Shown one piece after another: positions 11,871 through 23,981 of a stretch of 64,000 bases of DNA; the stretch's first letter is position 1, and every line of letters starts with the position of its first letter. A program made the position numbers and the translations under genes. The notes under the pieces were generated by a model that made no database searches, was not told the DNA's origin, and saw only the letters and a list, made by a program, of their open reading frames with translations. Source of the stretch: Ramazzottius varieornatus (lineage: Eukaryota > Animalia > Tardigrada); contig BDGG01000002.1 in the NCBI GenBank assembly GCA_001949185.1, forward strand, positions 1,023,481-1,087,480, given 5' to 3'.

Positions 11871-13875
11871 TCACTTTGGCTAAAGGGCGTTCCGCAGGGA
11901 GGGGCGGGCGGGGAGCTCAGTCAGGTTACAGCTCACGATCGACTTACCGAGCGAGCTTTAGGCTTGGGCGTCTTGGCTTTCTTCTCTTCCTTACGAGCTT
12001 TCCTTTCGAACTTCTCCTTCATCTTTGTGGCTTTGCTGGCGGCTACTTCGATGTCTTCTTTGTGTCTTTCCTCCTTGTCGGGGTTGATGACTAGTTGCTC
12101 AGGGTTTTCCCATTTGGCCTTGTTTGCCGAAGCTGCACTGCGTTCTTTCAATTGCAGTAACTCATCCTGTTTACAAATGAAACCGGTCGTTGGATTTGTT
12201 CTCAAAAAGAGTATCTTCTGGCACCGTCATGTATTACCTTCTCCTGCTGGGTCTTATGGTCGTTTTCGTTGTAATGCTCGAACCGATCTTTGAGACTTGA
12301 GGCATTGGCTTTCTTGAGCGCATCCAGACCCAAATCGCTGAGTACGGCACCTGAAACATTGAGCCGAGAATGAACTTCACTTGCCGAACTCGGAATGATG
12401 TTGAAGGAGAAAACGGCAAAGGAGATGAGCTATAGATCGTTTTTTCTACGTGGCTCAAGGTTTCAAAAGGAGTCAAAAGCATTGAGAAAGTGGGCCTCTT
12501 GGAAGACAGAAAAATTCGACCAGATCGCTTTTTGAAGTGCCGCAGGCTCTTGTACAATCACGTGGAGAAGTGCGCCACTCAGGAGAATGATTTTGTCGAC
12601 TTTGTCGTCGGGCTTTCGTTTATTGGGAGAATCGCGTGCTGCGTAAAACTTACTCCTGATTACATCCGGGTTTTGAGCTTCAGGTTCATTCTCGACTGCC
12701 GCTTCTGCCGCAGTGGAGCTTGCATCCTTGACTTGCTTCTTGAACTCCTCGGCATCGTAGCCTTTCTTAACTTGTTGCCTTTGTTGATTATCTTGTTGGA
12801 AGGCAGCTTTCTGTACACAAGGCAACAGACGTTATGGCAAAGTTAACGCTAAAGTTAGCTCGTTTGTTTATTGCCGCAAGATGACTAATTACAACACAGC
12901 AAAGTGTTACGCGTAGACTTGTAGAGTCAGTACTTACGATGGAGGAAAGGCTGACTCCAATGTCAATCTTCTTCTTCTTCTTATGGTCCGATGCATCGGA
13001 ATCAACATTGGACTCACCGTCTTCGTCGCTCTCATCGGAAGACTCTTCCGGGGATGACTCATCCGAGACTGGTGCGGCTTTGCTGGGCTTTGGCGTCGTG
13101 CTTGTTGTTACTTTCTTTTCCTCCTTTAAAACATAAACCTAATGTCAAAAAATTCAGTCAGGTTTTACAGGTACTCCAGATAATCAGCCGCAGCTCATGC
13201 AATCCTCCTGCTTTTAGCTAAGATGTGGTTAACAACAGACACACCTTCCAACTCGCCGGTAACTACAGTTACAGTATTTGGGACGTCGGCGAACGTGTTA
13301 TCGTAGAGGTCTCATCAAGTGGCGTACTCTTCCGGCCATTAAGAATGACAGGGTGCACCCCTTGGGAAAACAACCACACTCCATCAGAACGTTTTTTCAA
13401 CTAGCCCACGTTTCCCTTGCTAATAGCTGCGGGTGTGCGCCACTTGATAACGATCTGAGGGAGTTCAGTCACTGACGTCCCATTTCACGGCGACATGAAC
13501 ATTGACGGCGCTTGACTGATGAACTAATTTGTTTTTCGCGACCACATGAACGAGTGAGGTCACCTCTTTGTCTGCAGGAGCCTGTGTGGCAGGAGCGCCA
13601 CCTTTCGCTGCAGTAGCCGGTGCTGCCCCCTTTCCTGTTGTTGCTGCGGTTGCCGCGGCAGCTGTGGATTTGGCATCATCAGTATCGTTGTCCTTTTTGG
13701 TGTCAGGAGTCTTCGCAGCCTCGGCTGCTGCTCTGGATCTGGCAGCTGGGGACCCTGTAGTTCCGTTTGATGGTGAAGAGGCTCCAGCTGGCCCGAAGGC
13801 GGCCTTGGCCGCAGCGATGTTCTTGGCTCCTCCTGGCGTTATCAGCGGCTTCTTCGCTCCCACCTTGTCAGCCAT
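11871..13875 (-). CDS. Intrinsically disordered A/K/E/S-rich protein with repeated K-x-x-F/W-E motifs (putative F-actin binder)
   Basis: Phase-compatible exons: MADKVGAKKPL...APADKE | VYVLKEEKK...GVSLSSI | KAAFQQDNQQ...NPDVIR | SAVLSDLGLDALKKANASSLKDRFEHY...QEK | DELLQLKERSAASANKAKWE...ATKMKEKFERK...KARS | PK*. An alternative last exon 11607-11581 would give SVQADHHE*. Function is inferred only. Confidence 0.65.
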
Positions 13876-15015
13876 CCGGACTTGACTCTCTTGGACTTCC
13901 AGCAGAGGACGAAAAATAAGTGGGGTCAACCGAGTTTCGATAAAAAAGGATATTCCGGTCAAGCGTTATTCAAAGCTTGTGTAATTGTCCGAACAAATGG
14001 CAACAACGCAAGAAACCTGTCAGTTACGTGAAGGGGCACGAACTGTGGGAAAAAATCAACGAACCAGACTGTGCATAGGGAAGACTGGCCTATCGGAAAG
14101 TTATGAAAGGAGAAAAAGAACACGAAGCAGAAGTTACATGTGCAAGCACAGCAGTTCCAACTCTGTTGCGCTGATGTGTGTTCGTTGAGGAAGAAGTCAA
14201 CATGGCCGCTTATCGTACAGCCAGTTCTTCTCTCCTCCGATCCTCAACCAACCGTCAGTCGAGCTTCGTAATAGTGTTCTTCCACAATAACACCAGAAGC
14301 TAGCCATACGCAGTCTGCAGACGTAAGGAAGACGTACATAACCAAATTCTAGCTGGTAACTTAAGAGGGATATTTTTGAACTGGGCTAATTATAGCTTCC
14401 ACATCCGAAGAGTGCGCAGCTATGTGGTCTGAACCGTACGGTATGCGCAGCTTTGAACCACCATCAGCTCCGGAAACACACAGCTATGACGAAGACGGCG
14501 CAGCTTGTCGAGAGCGTTGGTTTTATGTGGAGATTGAAAAGGCGAGGGAAGCTTCGGAAAACTCAACCCTTGGTTCCTCTGTGAGCTGTGCCGCAGAAGC
14601 TGATGGGGTGTCATGTGTCTCTCAAGTTAAAGAGAAGAATGTGGCGAGAATGTTGTTTACTTGTTGCTTTGGACCCATAAATCTGTTAGTGACGCGTAGG
14701 TGGGTAAATATCCCAGAGGCTCTACTGTCAGTCGGTACATCCCAAAGAGAGGTGGATCATCGTGGGAAAGTATCCGAGTTCGCTATTCGACAGACCGAAG
14801 TTCTTGTGGATTTAACAAACACGATGATCAATTTTTCCAGAGTTTCGCAGAAGATATAGCAACAGCTAGAATTCAGAAGAGAAATCTGTATCGTTGGCTG
14901 AATCAAAATTATGCTATGGGATTTTGAGAAACGTCCGTATCACAGTTCAATGAGGAAAAAGGCGCTTCCAGCAGGAGAGCCAGCGAGAATTGTACATAGG
15001 GTTCCACGAGGATGG

Positions 15016-16848
15016 TCAGCTGTTCATGGTGTCTTCCCAGTTGCAATCTCTAGGCTTCAAGAAATGGTACAAGGCCAGGAACCTCGAGAAAATCACATCA
15101 GTAAGACGCGAGGGACTTGGATTATCGGATTCATGATGAACAGACAGAATCTTAAATACCTTGAAGGGTCTCCAGCCTTGGAGAACGGAGACTTCAGATC
15201 GGCTATTCGCACAGTGTTTTCATAGCTGCGGTATCTGGTGTAGCTCAAGCTTACCTACAAACCCACGGGGCAAGATTTTGCGCAGGGCTTCATGATCTCC
15301 AGAGAGCCACGGGGAAATTTTTGTGGCACAAAATAATTTGAAGTTATTCACGTACGGCGCGTCGAATTTCGTCCTCCGTCAAGGTCGTCATCTTTTCCAA
15401 ATGCGAATGCATCTGAGGTATCTCCGTCAACGATATGTCATTGTAGGCTATAACAGGTAATTCTGAATTGAGGTATGCTTCTACAACATATTCTGGAGAG
15501 AGGGAAATATTCATACCGCTGACGTAACCGACCGCAACATCGTCAGACAAGCCCGTCAGACGGCGACACACGCCTTCCAGTCCGTTTCCTCCCGACATCC
15601 GGCTGACGTGCCGCTTCACTTTCTTCATTGCGGCTTTGGACAAACAAAAACCCGCTCCGCCTGTTCCGAATGAGAAAGCTACGAATGGTTTCTCGGTGGA
15701 CTTGCCGTCGCCCGTTATGACGTTCGTCAGTCTCGTTCGAGCCCGTGAACTCTTGCCCAGGTAGGAAGCTTCTTCTGCGTTGTAGCGTTCCAGAAGGCTA
15801 ACCAGGTTTGGTATGTTCACGTAGTTATCGTCATCGAAATGACAAAACCACCTAACGACGACAAGACAGAGCTACTTTGTAGTGCGAGTATCACGGAAGA
15901 CAAAATACTGTATTCCCCCGATATCACCGCGAAACGTGATACCCATGGCGCCACCTCCGAAACGTACATGGAGACGGCGGATAGGCGCGTATGTATGGAT
16001 GACGTACACCCTGTAGGTGGCGCCACGAGTAACAGGGTTCGCGAAGATACCGGGTAATACAGTAATACATTATCTGATTACGTACTGGGCGGCATCTCTT
16101 TCGGCATAGTACAAGTCGAACTCGCTCGTTTGCTTGCAGCACAGATCAGTCCTTGAAAATGTAAGGAAATTGAACGAGGAACTTGGTATTATCATGCTTG
16201 GAAATGACAAAGAAGCAAAACGTTCTGGTCTGCGTTACTTACTTGTTGTGGGAGCTTGGGCATTTGCTCTTGATCATTCTTCCACCAAGAATCTTGTTGG
16301 CAAAGTCGTCCACTGCGTCCGAAACAACAGCCACCTGAAAAGATGAGCAGCGCCCTTTATATGCCTCGTTTGCCAATGCGAGACATAATCATTATTTTAC
16401 AATTATTTACCTTGACGAGTGACCGGTTGTTGTTGGCCCTGATCTTCAGGGCCCCATGGATCCATGTCGTGATCAGCAGCTTCAGCCGCAGCTCGTGGTA
16501 CTTTTCCGTAGTCTTGATAGTGATAAATATAAAATTCCCCTCCATATGCCGGAAGTCTTGCGGACATTTCCGGACTTTCGCTGGTCCCTTCCTCCACAAA
16601 GGGCGTTTTGTAACCAGGCTGGTTCCGCCCAAATTCCGCTGAGTTTGCGTCGCCACGGGAAGATCCTTCTCATTCGTTACAAGTGCTTTCAGCTTATTTC
16701 TCACCGGTTCATAATGTAACAGCCCAAATAATCCAAGAACAAGCACAGCAATTAACAAAAGAAATCGTAGGTTGAAGAGGCCTTGACGCCGCATACCGCT
16801 CGTCATCTCACTCCGTGCTCTACCAGGAAACAACGGTGCGCGGATCAT
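15016..16848 (-). CDS. fng: Fringe-family beta-1,3-N-acetylglucosaminyltransferase (GT31)
   Basis: Type II TM segment FLLLIAVLVLGLFGLL, then IFITIKTTEKYHELRLKLLITTW, WFCHFDDDNYVN (DxD), FSFGTGGAGFCLS, LSDDVAVGY, MHSHLE, VSLSY and C-terminal DPSRFLALYHFLKP. Multi-exon. The start may be 16806 instead. Confidence 0.88.
15906..16064. mobile_element. Small TA-flanked MITE in a fringe intron
   Basis: Imperfect TIR TACTGTATTCCCCCGATATC..CGCGAA / TTCGCGAAGATACCGGGTAATACAGTA, with an inner inverted pair TGGCGCCACCT / AGGTGGCGCCA. Confidence 0.6.
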
Positions 16849-17269
16849 TCACTTCCTCCTGTCTCAGGAGATATGTCGCAGCTGCTTGTGAAACTATTAT
16901 ATGCAAAGCAGACTGGAAGGAATTAAAAGCCGTTGATCAAGTCTTCACGTCAGTCTGCATAAACTGCACGGAAAGTGTCTGCCCCAGATTCCATCAACAA
17001 GACGATACCAGCCGACTTCCCGGCACTTCCTTATCGACGCTCAACATCGCCGCACGATCAATCTTATCAGAATTTAACCACAACCGAATTTCAATTTACA
17101 CTTTACTTTGCATTTTATGTTCCAGAAATAGACACACTCCATTCTGCTCAATAAAGATTCCAATAAATTATCAAAACAAAATAATATCACAAGAGAAAAA
17201 AACGACACCGACAACACACTCAAAATATCCCAAATAAAAATTCGAAAATGGACATAAAGAAAGAATAGA

Positions 17270-20200
17270 CTATTCTGCGGGTTGTAGTAGTGACTTACCA
17301 GTCATCTCTTCAGGTTTACCCAGTTCGAGCAAGTCTAGCACAGTGGGCGCTACATCGCCCAGAGTTGAATTGTAGTCGGCTGGCTGTGCCGCAAACCTCC
17401 TTTGTGTATTGGCCATTATGAATGGAACTACAATTCACACCAGGGGGAATTCGGCCTAGCATTGTTTCTTCCTTCAGAAATGAGAAAAGCCGTGGTTCAA
17501 ACTTACCTCTGTTCGTGGTGTGGGCTGTATGAGGATTTCCCTCGGGACTGAGCATCTGTTCAGCGTTACCGTGGTCCGCCGTCACCAATAAGATGAAGCT
17601 GGTCTGCTTGCAGGCTTCGTACACTCTTCCAATTGCGAAATCTGGAAGATTTCAGTCAGTTGGTTAGCGATCTTTAGCGGCTGGTGAGAAAAATGAGGGA
17701 AGAGACGGCAGCTCGGCCAACAAACCCGGCACAACTGTTTTCTCAAAGCTGCGCGCATCTTCGGTGTTATTAGCTGAGAGCGTGCGCCACTTCGGGAGCG
17801 GTCCTGTCGAGTCTGTTTGTCTTCTAAGTAACGCACGACTTCCGTGTTTGCCGCCGGGACCATGCGCCACTTGGAAAAAAACGATGCTGTCGAGATCGTC
17901 TGTTTTCTGAGATGCCGCATTTTTCGTTGTTATTGGCTGGTGCGCCACTTGGAAATCACAATCTTGTCTAGCTTTTCTATTCTCCGAAACTGGCGCATGT
18001 TCTCGGTTTCATTGGCTGGAAGCGTGCGCCACTGGAAAAGCGATCTTGAAAAGTTCAGGTCTCAGATGCTTACCTGTAGCTTCCACGGCTTTGACAGCGG
18101 CATCATAAACTCCAGTATGGCCCACCATGTCAGGTGGGGCAAAGTTACACATGGCGAAGCGATAATGACCGGATACCATTGCTTCGATCATCTGCTACGA
18201 GACTATCGATCAAATATGCTCAGTACGAAACGGGAGGAAAACGAGATCTTATGAGAGATGATTACCTTGTCTGCTACTCCAGCACAGCTCATTTCCGGTT
18301 TCAGATCGTAGGTGGCGACTTTGGGTGACGGTACCATGCATCGGTCTTCCAACTCGACTGTCTTTTCTTTGCCGCCGTTGAAGAAGAAAGTTACATGAGC
18401 ATACTTTTCCGTTTCTAGCACAGAAGAAAATTTCAGCCAGTTGCAAAAGAATTCCAAAAGCGACGGTCGCAATATGGCATGATTTGATTATTTATTCGTT
18501 CAATTTTGTCGTCCTTTCGGGAATTAGGGGATTGAGCTATGGAAATAAGTCGAACCTGCGCAATGGAACTGTGGTATCTTTTTGGAGGAGAGCCATTCGG
18601 AAAGCGTGTTCTCGGTGTTGGCCGGCGGGTACATCAGCGGAAGAGGCCATGCAGCATTGTACTGCGTCATGCACAGAACATACTGCAAAGAAAAACCAGA
18701 ATTTTATGGGAGAAAACCGTGGAAGAACTACGTAATTCAGTGCATGAGAAGGTGAAGTAGCCAGCTTACGAGATTTTTCGGAAAGTTGTCCGTTTCGAAA
18801 TTTCTTTTTACGCCGAAAGTCTCCACAATTTCTCTCATACGATCCGACCGGTAGTTGAAAAAAACTAACGTGTCGTTATCTGCAAACAAAAGTCCTTCGT
18901 GAACATGGCGTCAATCAGTTTAGAGAGAAAATATTTGCGAACGGGAACGCTTGCCTTGAATGCGAGATGCGTTGTCAGCGACAATGGGAGTCAAGAACTC
19001 GTCCGTTTGTCTTCCTCCCTTCTCTGGCATATTATACCTTCTGTCGATTGCCTAATGCAATCAACCTTCACACATAGAAAGCTACAAGTGAGAGAATCTT
19101 CTTACCTGGAGTATTTCTTCGCCATTAGCGACTTTCTCGCCGGTTCCTGCCACCAGGCCGTCATACGCTGTCTTTATTCTCTCCCAACGCTTGTCCCGGT
19201 CCATAGCGTAGTATCGCCCAACAGCTGTGGCTACTTCACCGTACTGGATGGAAGCCATATGGTCCAAAAGCTGCCTCAGGTATTGTGCTAACACGAAGAA
19301 AACCATTGTCGAATATCTGACGAAAATCCAACCGTGATTGCGCTGGCAAACGAACTCCATAAGACTGATTTTCCAAGTGGCGCACATTCTCGATGTCAAT
19401 GGATCGTGCGCCGCTGGAAAAGATCGATCTTCGAGTTCGTTCGTCGAGCTTCCATTTCGTGTTTATCGCTACTGATCACTTACTTGCGCTTGTCGGAGCA
19501 GTGTCTCTTCCATCGCCGAAGAAATGTACGATCGCTCGCGGAACTTGTGCAGCTTTGGCGCCTTCGAGAAGAGCCATGAGATGCAAGATGTGCGAATGGA
19601 CACCGCCGTCGCTGACCAAGCCCAAGAGGTGCAGGCGTCCTCCCTTGCTCTTTGCGTTCTCGCAGGCCTTCCTGAATTCAACATTATGTCCCAGTTTCTT
19701 GCTGTCCATGTCCAAGTTAATACGGACGATATCCTTCAAACAGAAAATCATATCTAACTAACCGTTTCCTGACTCGATGCTCGAGGGGACTGATGTTACC
19801 GCAGCAGGCTGAGGTAAATTCAGGCTTAGTCAACAGCCTGACTCGAGAAGTGGGACTCGTTGGGTTATTCGGGAATGTTTTTGCCTGTGGGTTAGTACTA
19901 TTTTTTTCGCGTGGTTTGGGTTTCCGGTCACGTGATCGCTGGATCTCGTTCCCTATGGGGAATTTGGGGGAGATGTGAACAACAACGTTGTTCAGAGGAT
20001 GTTTTTGAGTAGGTCCGACGGATTTTGTTTCCGTAGGCGAAGGAAACATTATAAACTTTCCTTCCTCATGCATTCTTAAGCCTTAAATTTCGGTGAGAAA
20101 GAACCTAATTCTGAAAATCAACCTGGACCATGATATGATGGCCCATGAGGTGCAAACCATGTGTTTTCGGTTACCCTGTTAAAGCGGACTGGGTTGCCAG

Positions 20201-20529
20201 CGAACGGCCAACCAAACCATTCTTTACCTGGAAGACTGCCCGTCCAGCTCCGATGTTCAAATGTCCGACTTCGCTGTTGCCCATCAGTCCTGCCGGTAAT
20301 CCTACTGCCAAACCGGAAGCATCCAGTGTTGTGTACTGCTCCCCATTCGTCGATAGACCGCTCATGACGGGTGTATTGGCATTGAGAATGGCATTTCCTG
20401 CAGGGGACAAAACGATAAATTTGGGGAGTATAAAGTTTCGGAAAACCGGCACGTACCGGTTTTCTCCTCCGACAGGCCCCATCCATCGATAACAATCAGG
20501 CAGACCTTTGTTTCACCGCTAGAAGCCAT
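17270..20529 (-). CDS. gpmI: 2,3-bisphosphoglycerate-independent phosphoglycerate mutase (iPGM)
   Basis: [27 protein letters not shown] (catalytic Ser), [86 protein letters not shown] and EMTGKSLL. Many spliceosomal introns. Confidence 0.95.
17740..18050. repeat. Tandem array (4 units, ~80-bp period) of the palindromic GTGGCGCAC-N24/25-GTGCGCCAC element
   Basis: Right arms at ~17782, 17862, 17940 and 18024, inside an iPGM intron. Confidence 0.85.
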
Positions 20530-20642
20530 TATTAACGGGATCACTGCAGACGGGAAGGAAACGGTAGTAGCGCAGATTCTGTTCCCTTGAAAATAGAAAT
20601 CGCCCAGTTGAAGAAAACTTCATCAATCAAGGCAGCTGATTC

Positions 20643-20650
20643 TGACGTCA
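20643..20650. promoter_or_regulatory. Perfect CRE palindrome in the ~300-bp divergent iPGM/SOD intergenic region
   Basis: TGACGTCA lies between the divergent ATGs at 20529 (-) and 20831 (+). Confidence 0.45.
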
Positions 20651-20830
20651 GGACGTATTCCATAAGCGTGATGTCACCATACAGGTTCAATCAACAATCA
20701 ATCATCCGATCTCATTCCATGTCTTTTGAGTGCAAACTGCATAGTTGCAAACAGCATTTCAGACTTCTTCAGTTCCTGGCTTCGGCCTCTCCCGATCTGC
20801 TTTTCTCCTGCAATCTGCTGCAGAGGTAGA

Positions 20831-21777
20831 ATGCCAATCAAAGCCGTGACTATTTTAGCCGGGGACTCTCCTGTGAAGGGTCAGATATTCTTTGAACAAG
20901 CGGGACCTGGACAACCGGTGAAGATCACAGGAGAGCTGCACAACCTCACTCCGGGTGAGCAGCTTCCACTGTCTTTGTTCATGAAAACAAGCCTTCTGGC
21001 GAGGTCCAAGTGGTCGGAAAAACACGCTGCGTTTGAGTGATTATTTCTGTTTGTTTTCAGGTGAGCATGGCTTTCATATCCAGTAAGAAAGACGTTTTAC
21101 TGTCCGGCTGGTATTTATACGTGGCATGAGCCGAGACGTCATGCGTGGTTCTCGTATTGCCTGCCCCTGTATGATGAAATGTCCAGTCCGCGATGACGTC
21201 ATGCGTGGCTCTTCGCTGAACACGGTTATGTTATTTCGAATGCACCGTTTAGGGTTTGATGCCGATTGTGTATTCACTTTCTCATTTCAGCGAGTTCGGT
21301 GACCTGACAAATGGATGCACTAGTGCTGGTGCTCATTTGAACCCCTACAAGAAGACCCACGGAGCACCTCAAGATACGGAACGCCATGTTGGCGATCTCG
21401 GAAATATAACTGCTGACGGTAATCTGAATAAGTGCTTATTTTTTTCGAACTGCTCTGAAAATTACGGCGTGCAATACCTTACTAGATCACAAGGTCGATC
21501 TTTTTTTTAGCTGGTGGAAACGTAAAGCTGCAGTCGGAGGACAAGATAATTTCTCTGGAAGGGCAGAACTCCATCATTGGGCGAGCCTTGTAAGGAGCAG
21601 GGGAATTCGTAACAGTTCAGTCCAAGTAATTATATATTGTACCAAATTTGTGCTTTTAGAGTTGTACATGAAAAGAATGACGATCTGGGTAAAGGTGGAA
21701 ATGAAGAAAGCAAAAGGACGGGCAACGCTGGAGGGAGGCTAGCTTGTGGGGTGGTTGGAATAAAGAAGACTGAATGA
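20831..21777 (+). CDS. Sod1: Cu/Zn superoxide dismutase, cytosolic type (5 exons)
   Basis: Exons 20831-20954, 21061-21082, 21291-21418, 21511-21589 and 21660-21777. Motifs [25 protein letters not shown]...[19 protein letters not shown] and [14 protein letters not shown]. All metal ligands, both Cys and the catalytic Arg are present. Confidence 0.96.
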
Positions 21778-22175
21778 CTTCTGGTTTCTTCAGGTGACTT
21801 TTCTCTACTCTGAATTATTGGCGGATGAATTTGTTGATGAAAAGTGAATCTCATGCCTTGGATCCTTGCGGTGAATTTACAGTTTGTAATAGACGATTTG
21901 AAAGCACGGCAAACAAATTCGACAAGATCGTTTTCCCGAGTGGCGCACGTTGCCAGTGTGAACTGCCATTGGCGTGCCCCATTTAAGAAACGATCCCGTT
22001 ACGTGTGGTTGGTGTGCTTTCAGTTTAATACTCATTCCGACAGTAGGGACCGCTACGAGGTTTGTTTCTTTGTTGCCGATCTCCTGTTCCGACTTTATTT
22101 CTCCGTTGGCTTCTACACAAACGTTTCTGTCCAAAACTCCAGTAAAACATTCAAATCTGAAACTTGTGTGCGGTG

Positions 22176-22330
22176 TACACGCACCTGGCCTAACAATGGG
22201 CCGGGACACAATTACGAGCCACCCGGGTTTTTTTCCAGCTAGCTAGGGGAGTCACACGAGTTACTGATCGCCGAAATAAACGGGTGGCCCATAGGTGTGT
22301 CCCGGTTCATAGTTAGGCTCGGTGTGTGGA
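22176..22330. mobile_element. Short degenerate MITE
   Basis: TACACGCACCTGGCCTAACAATGGGCCGGGACACA versus the reverse complement of the right end, TCCACACACCGAGCCTAACTATGAACCGGGACACA. Confidence 0.6.
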
Positions 22331-22414
22331 TTAAAAATGATACTAATTTCAGTTTCAGAAAACGAAGTTCATTCCTCCAGACGAACAGCAAGTCAGACGA
22401 CCCATGTCAAACTA

Positions 22415-23100
22415 GAGTACCTCTGCTGTTCTTGAATCTTGATCGTTCTCGATATCCTTGGTTTATTTGACTCTGATGGAGTTGGGCTTTGGGTCCAGTG
22501 CGTCGGCCATGGTGAAGAGCTTGGCACGAACGTTCTTGTCCGAAATGGTAACTTTCCTGTATTCCCTATAAAGTTCTGCGCAACCATGTGACGTGCCCGT
22601 AAATATCTTCTGATAGGGATAGTAACGCAATTGTGTCTTCAGTCAAAGACACTCGCCACTCAAGCAATAAGTAGGGGGTGCTTGACAATGCTATGCGCTA
22701 CAATCATTCAATCAGCTCGTTGTAGAGTAAAAAGTACCGCGGGTGTGAGTCGTTTGCATGCCGCGTGACTGCGCAGGAACTTTCGAGGGAATACAGTACT
22801 TGTCGGAAGAAAGAAATTTAGTTTCAAGAGTTCGCAGTCCGAAAAAATCTCAACAGTGTCAGAGGAAAAGTTTGCTTACCGTTTCTGGTTTCGTCGGGGA
22901 ACTTTCCCTCGTCTCCAGCGAGCTTCTTTGCGGTCTTTCTGATCAACGAATACAAACTGTGTTCTTCGGTTTTTTCCTCAGCTGCTTCGTCAGCTGCTTG
23001 GGCGTCCGACAATCATACTGTGACATCTTCATCCAGGATCTTCTTTGCTAGCTTCCAGCCTTTCTTCAGCACAGCCAGAATTTCTCGTGCCTTTATTCTC
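22415..23100 (-). pseudogene. Decayed two-exon gene fragment of unknown family
   Basis: Coding-like reads RIKAREILAVLKKGWKLAKKILDEDVTV*LSDAQAADEAAEEK...ETRN|GTAAGC and EYRKVTISDKNVRAKLFTMADALDPKPNSIRVK*TKDIEND, each with an in-frame stop. Confidence 0.35.
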
Positions 23101-23325
23101 GTGCGGGACGTCGGCAAATGAATGGCTACTATCGTTATCACCGCACAAGTGGCGTACTTCTTCGTTATTTCTGACCGAGAGTGCACACCACATCAGAAAG
23201 TGAGTATGTTTGAGTCATATACCGACGTCCGCGTAACGTCCTTGTCCCTCTATAGTCATAGATACAACACCGATCCGTGACAGCGTCTCTTTAGGCAAGT
23301 CACTCTGGAGGACAATTAGTGGTCG

Positions 23326-23565
23326 GCACTTCACTTCCGGGTCATGGAAAATGTGTCTTCTTCTAAGCTACGCATGTTTCCACTCCGTAAACAATGCCTG
23401 CTCTTGGGCGCCGAAAACTGTCGAAATCGCTGTCTTTTGAAGGTTGTATTCGGGCCGTTCACCCAGCCAAAAAGCAGTGCAAAAAGCAGGACACCTAGTA
23501 AAATGGAGTGTCGCGGGCAGTGCACGGAGAAAAGGCAGTGGCAAGCCGTGCACCCAGTCACTACG
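23326..23565 (+). repeat. ~240-bp interspersed repeat (copy 1), probable DNA-transposon terminus
   Basis: Shares GGAGTGTCGCGGGCAGTGCACGGAGAAAAGGCAGTGGC and upstream sequence with 30471-30708 and, inverted, with 30149-30385. Confidence 0.8.
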
Positions 23566-23981
23566 AAAATTAATTGTTCAAACGCGAAAAGGTCAACCTG
23601 GGTCCTGGAAGTGTTTTTGAAACGAGATTTGCTCCTGGTGCCCGCTTCGTAGCTTGAACAGACGCACTCTTATCTTTTGCTATCAAGTAAAACCGACCGA
23701 AGAGTTTCGGAGAAGCTGTCAACATCGGCCTATGCTTCTTCAATGTTCGAATATTGTCCTCCCTGTGTTATCATGGTAGTAACACTGGCAGTATCTTGAA
23801 CGCGATAAGATAATGCAAATCCGTTGGTTGTCAGCTGTTAATGACGACAGATTTATAAAGCGTGCGCGAATCTGTTGCTTCAATACTTCCGTAAAACAAT
23901 ACTCAGTATTAAGTCTTCTGTACTATAGCTGAAATCTTGCCATTTTTGAATCATCTTCGGTTGTGCTGAATTCTTCACGAT

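Noticed and set aside
11256-12846. Long plus-strand ORFs (e.g. 11682-12293, 12490-12846)
   Set aside because: They are antisense shadows of K/E-rich minus-strand exons, which give spurious hydrophobic reads.
13465-13962. Dsup (damage suppressor) homolog suggested by A/K/G/S-rich composition
   Set aside because: There is no HMGN-like RRSSRL motif and no alignable sequence. The ORF is exon 1 of a different multi-exon protein.
17740-18050. CRISPR array (palindromic repeats with fixed-length spacers)
   Set aside because: The context is a eukaryotic intron, there are no cas genes, the repeats are degenerate and inverted, the spacers resemble each other, and units are dispersed across the window.
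17270-20529. Bacterial contamination or recent HGT of gpmI
   Set aside because: The gene has numerous GT-AG introns containing host repeats and is flanked by animal genes.
20726-20830. In-frame N-terminal extension (signal peptide) of SOD1
   Set aside because: The upstream open frame has no ATG (the track starts at TTG) and is not convincingly hydrophobic.
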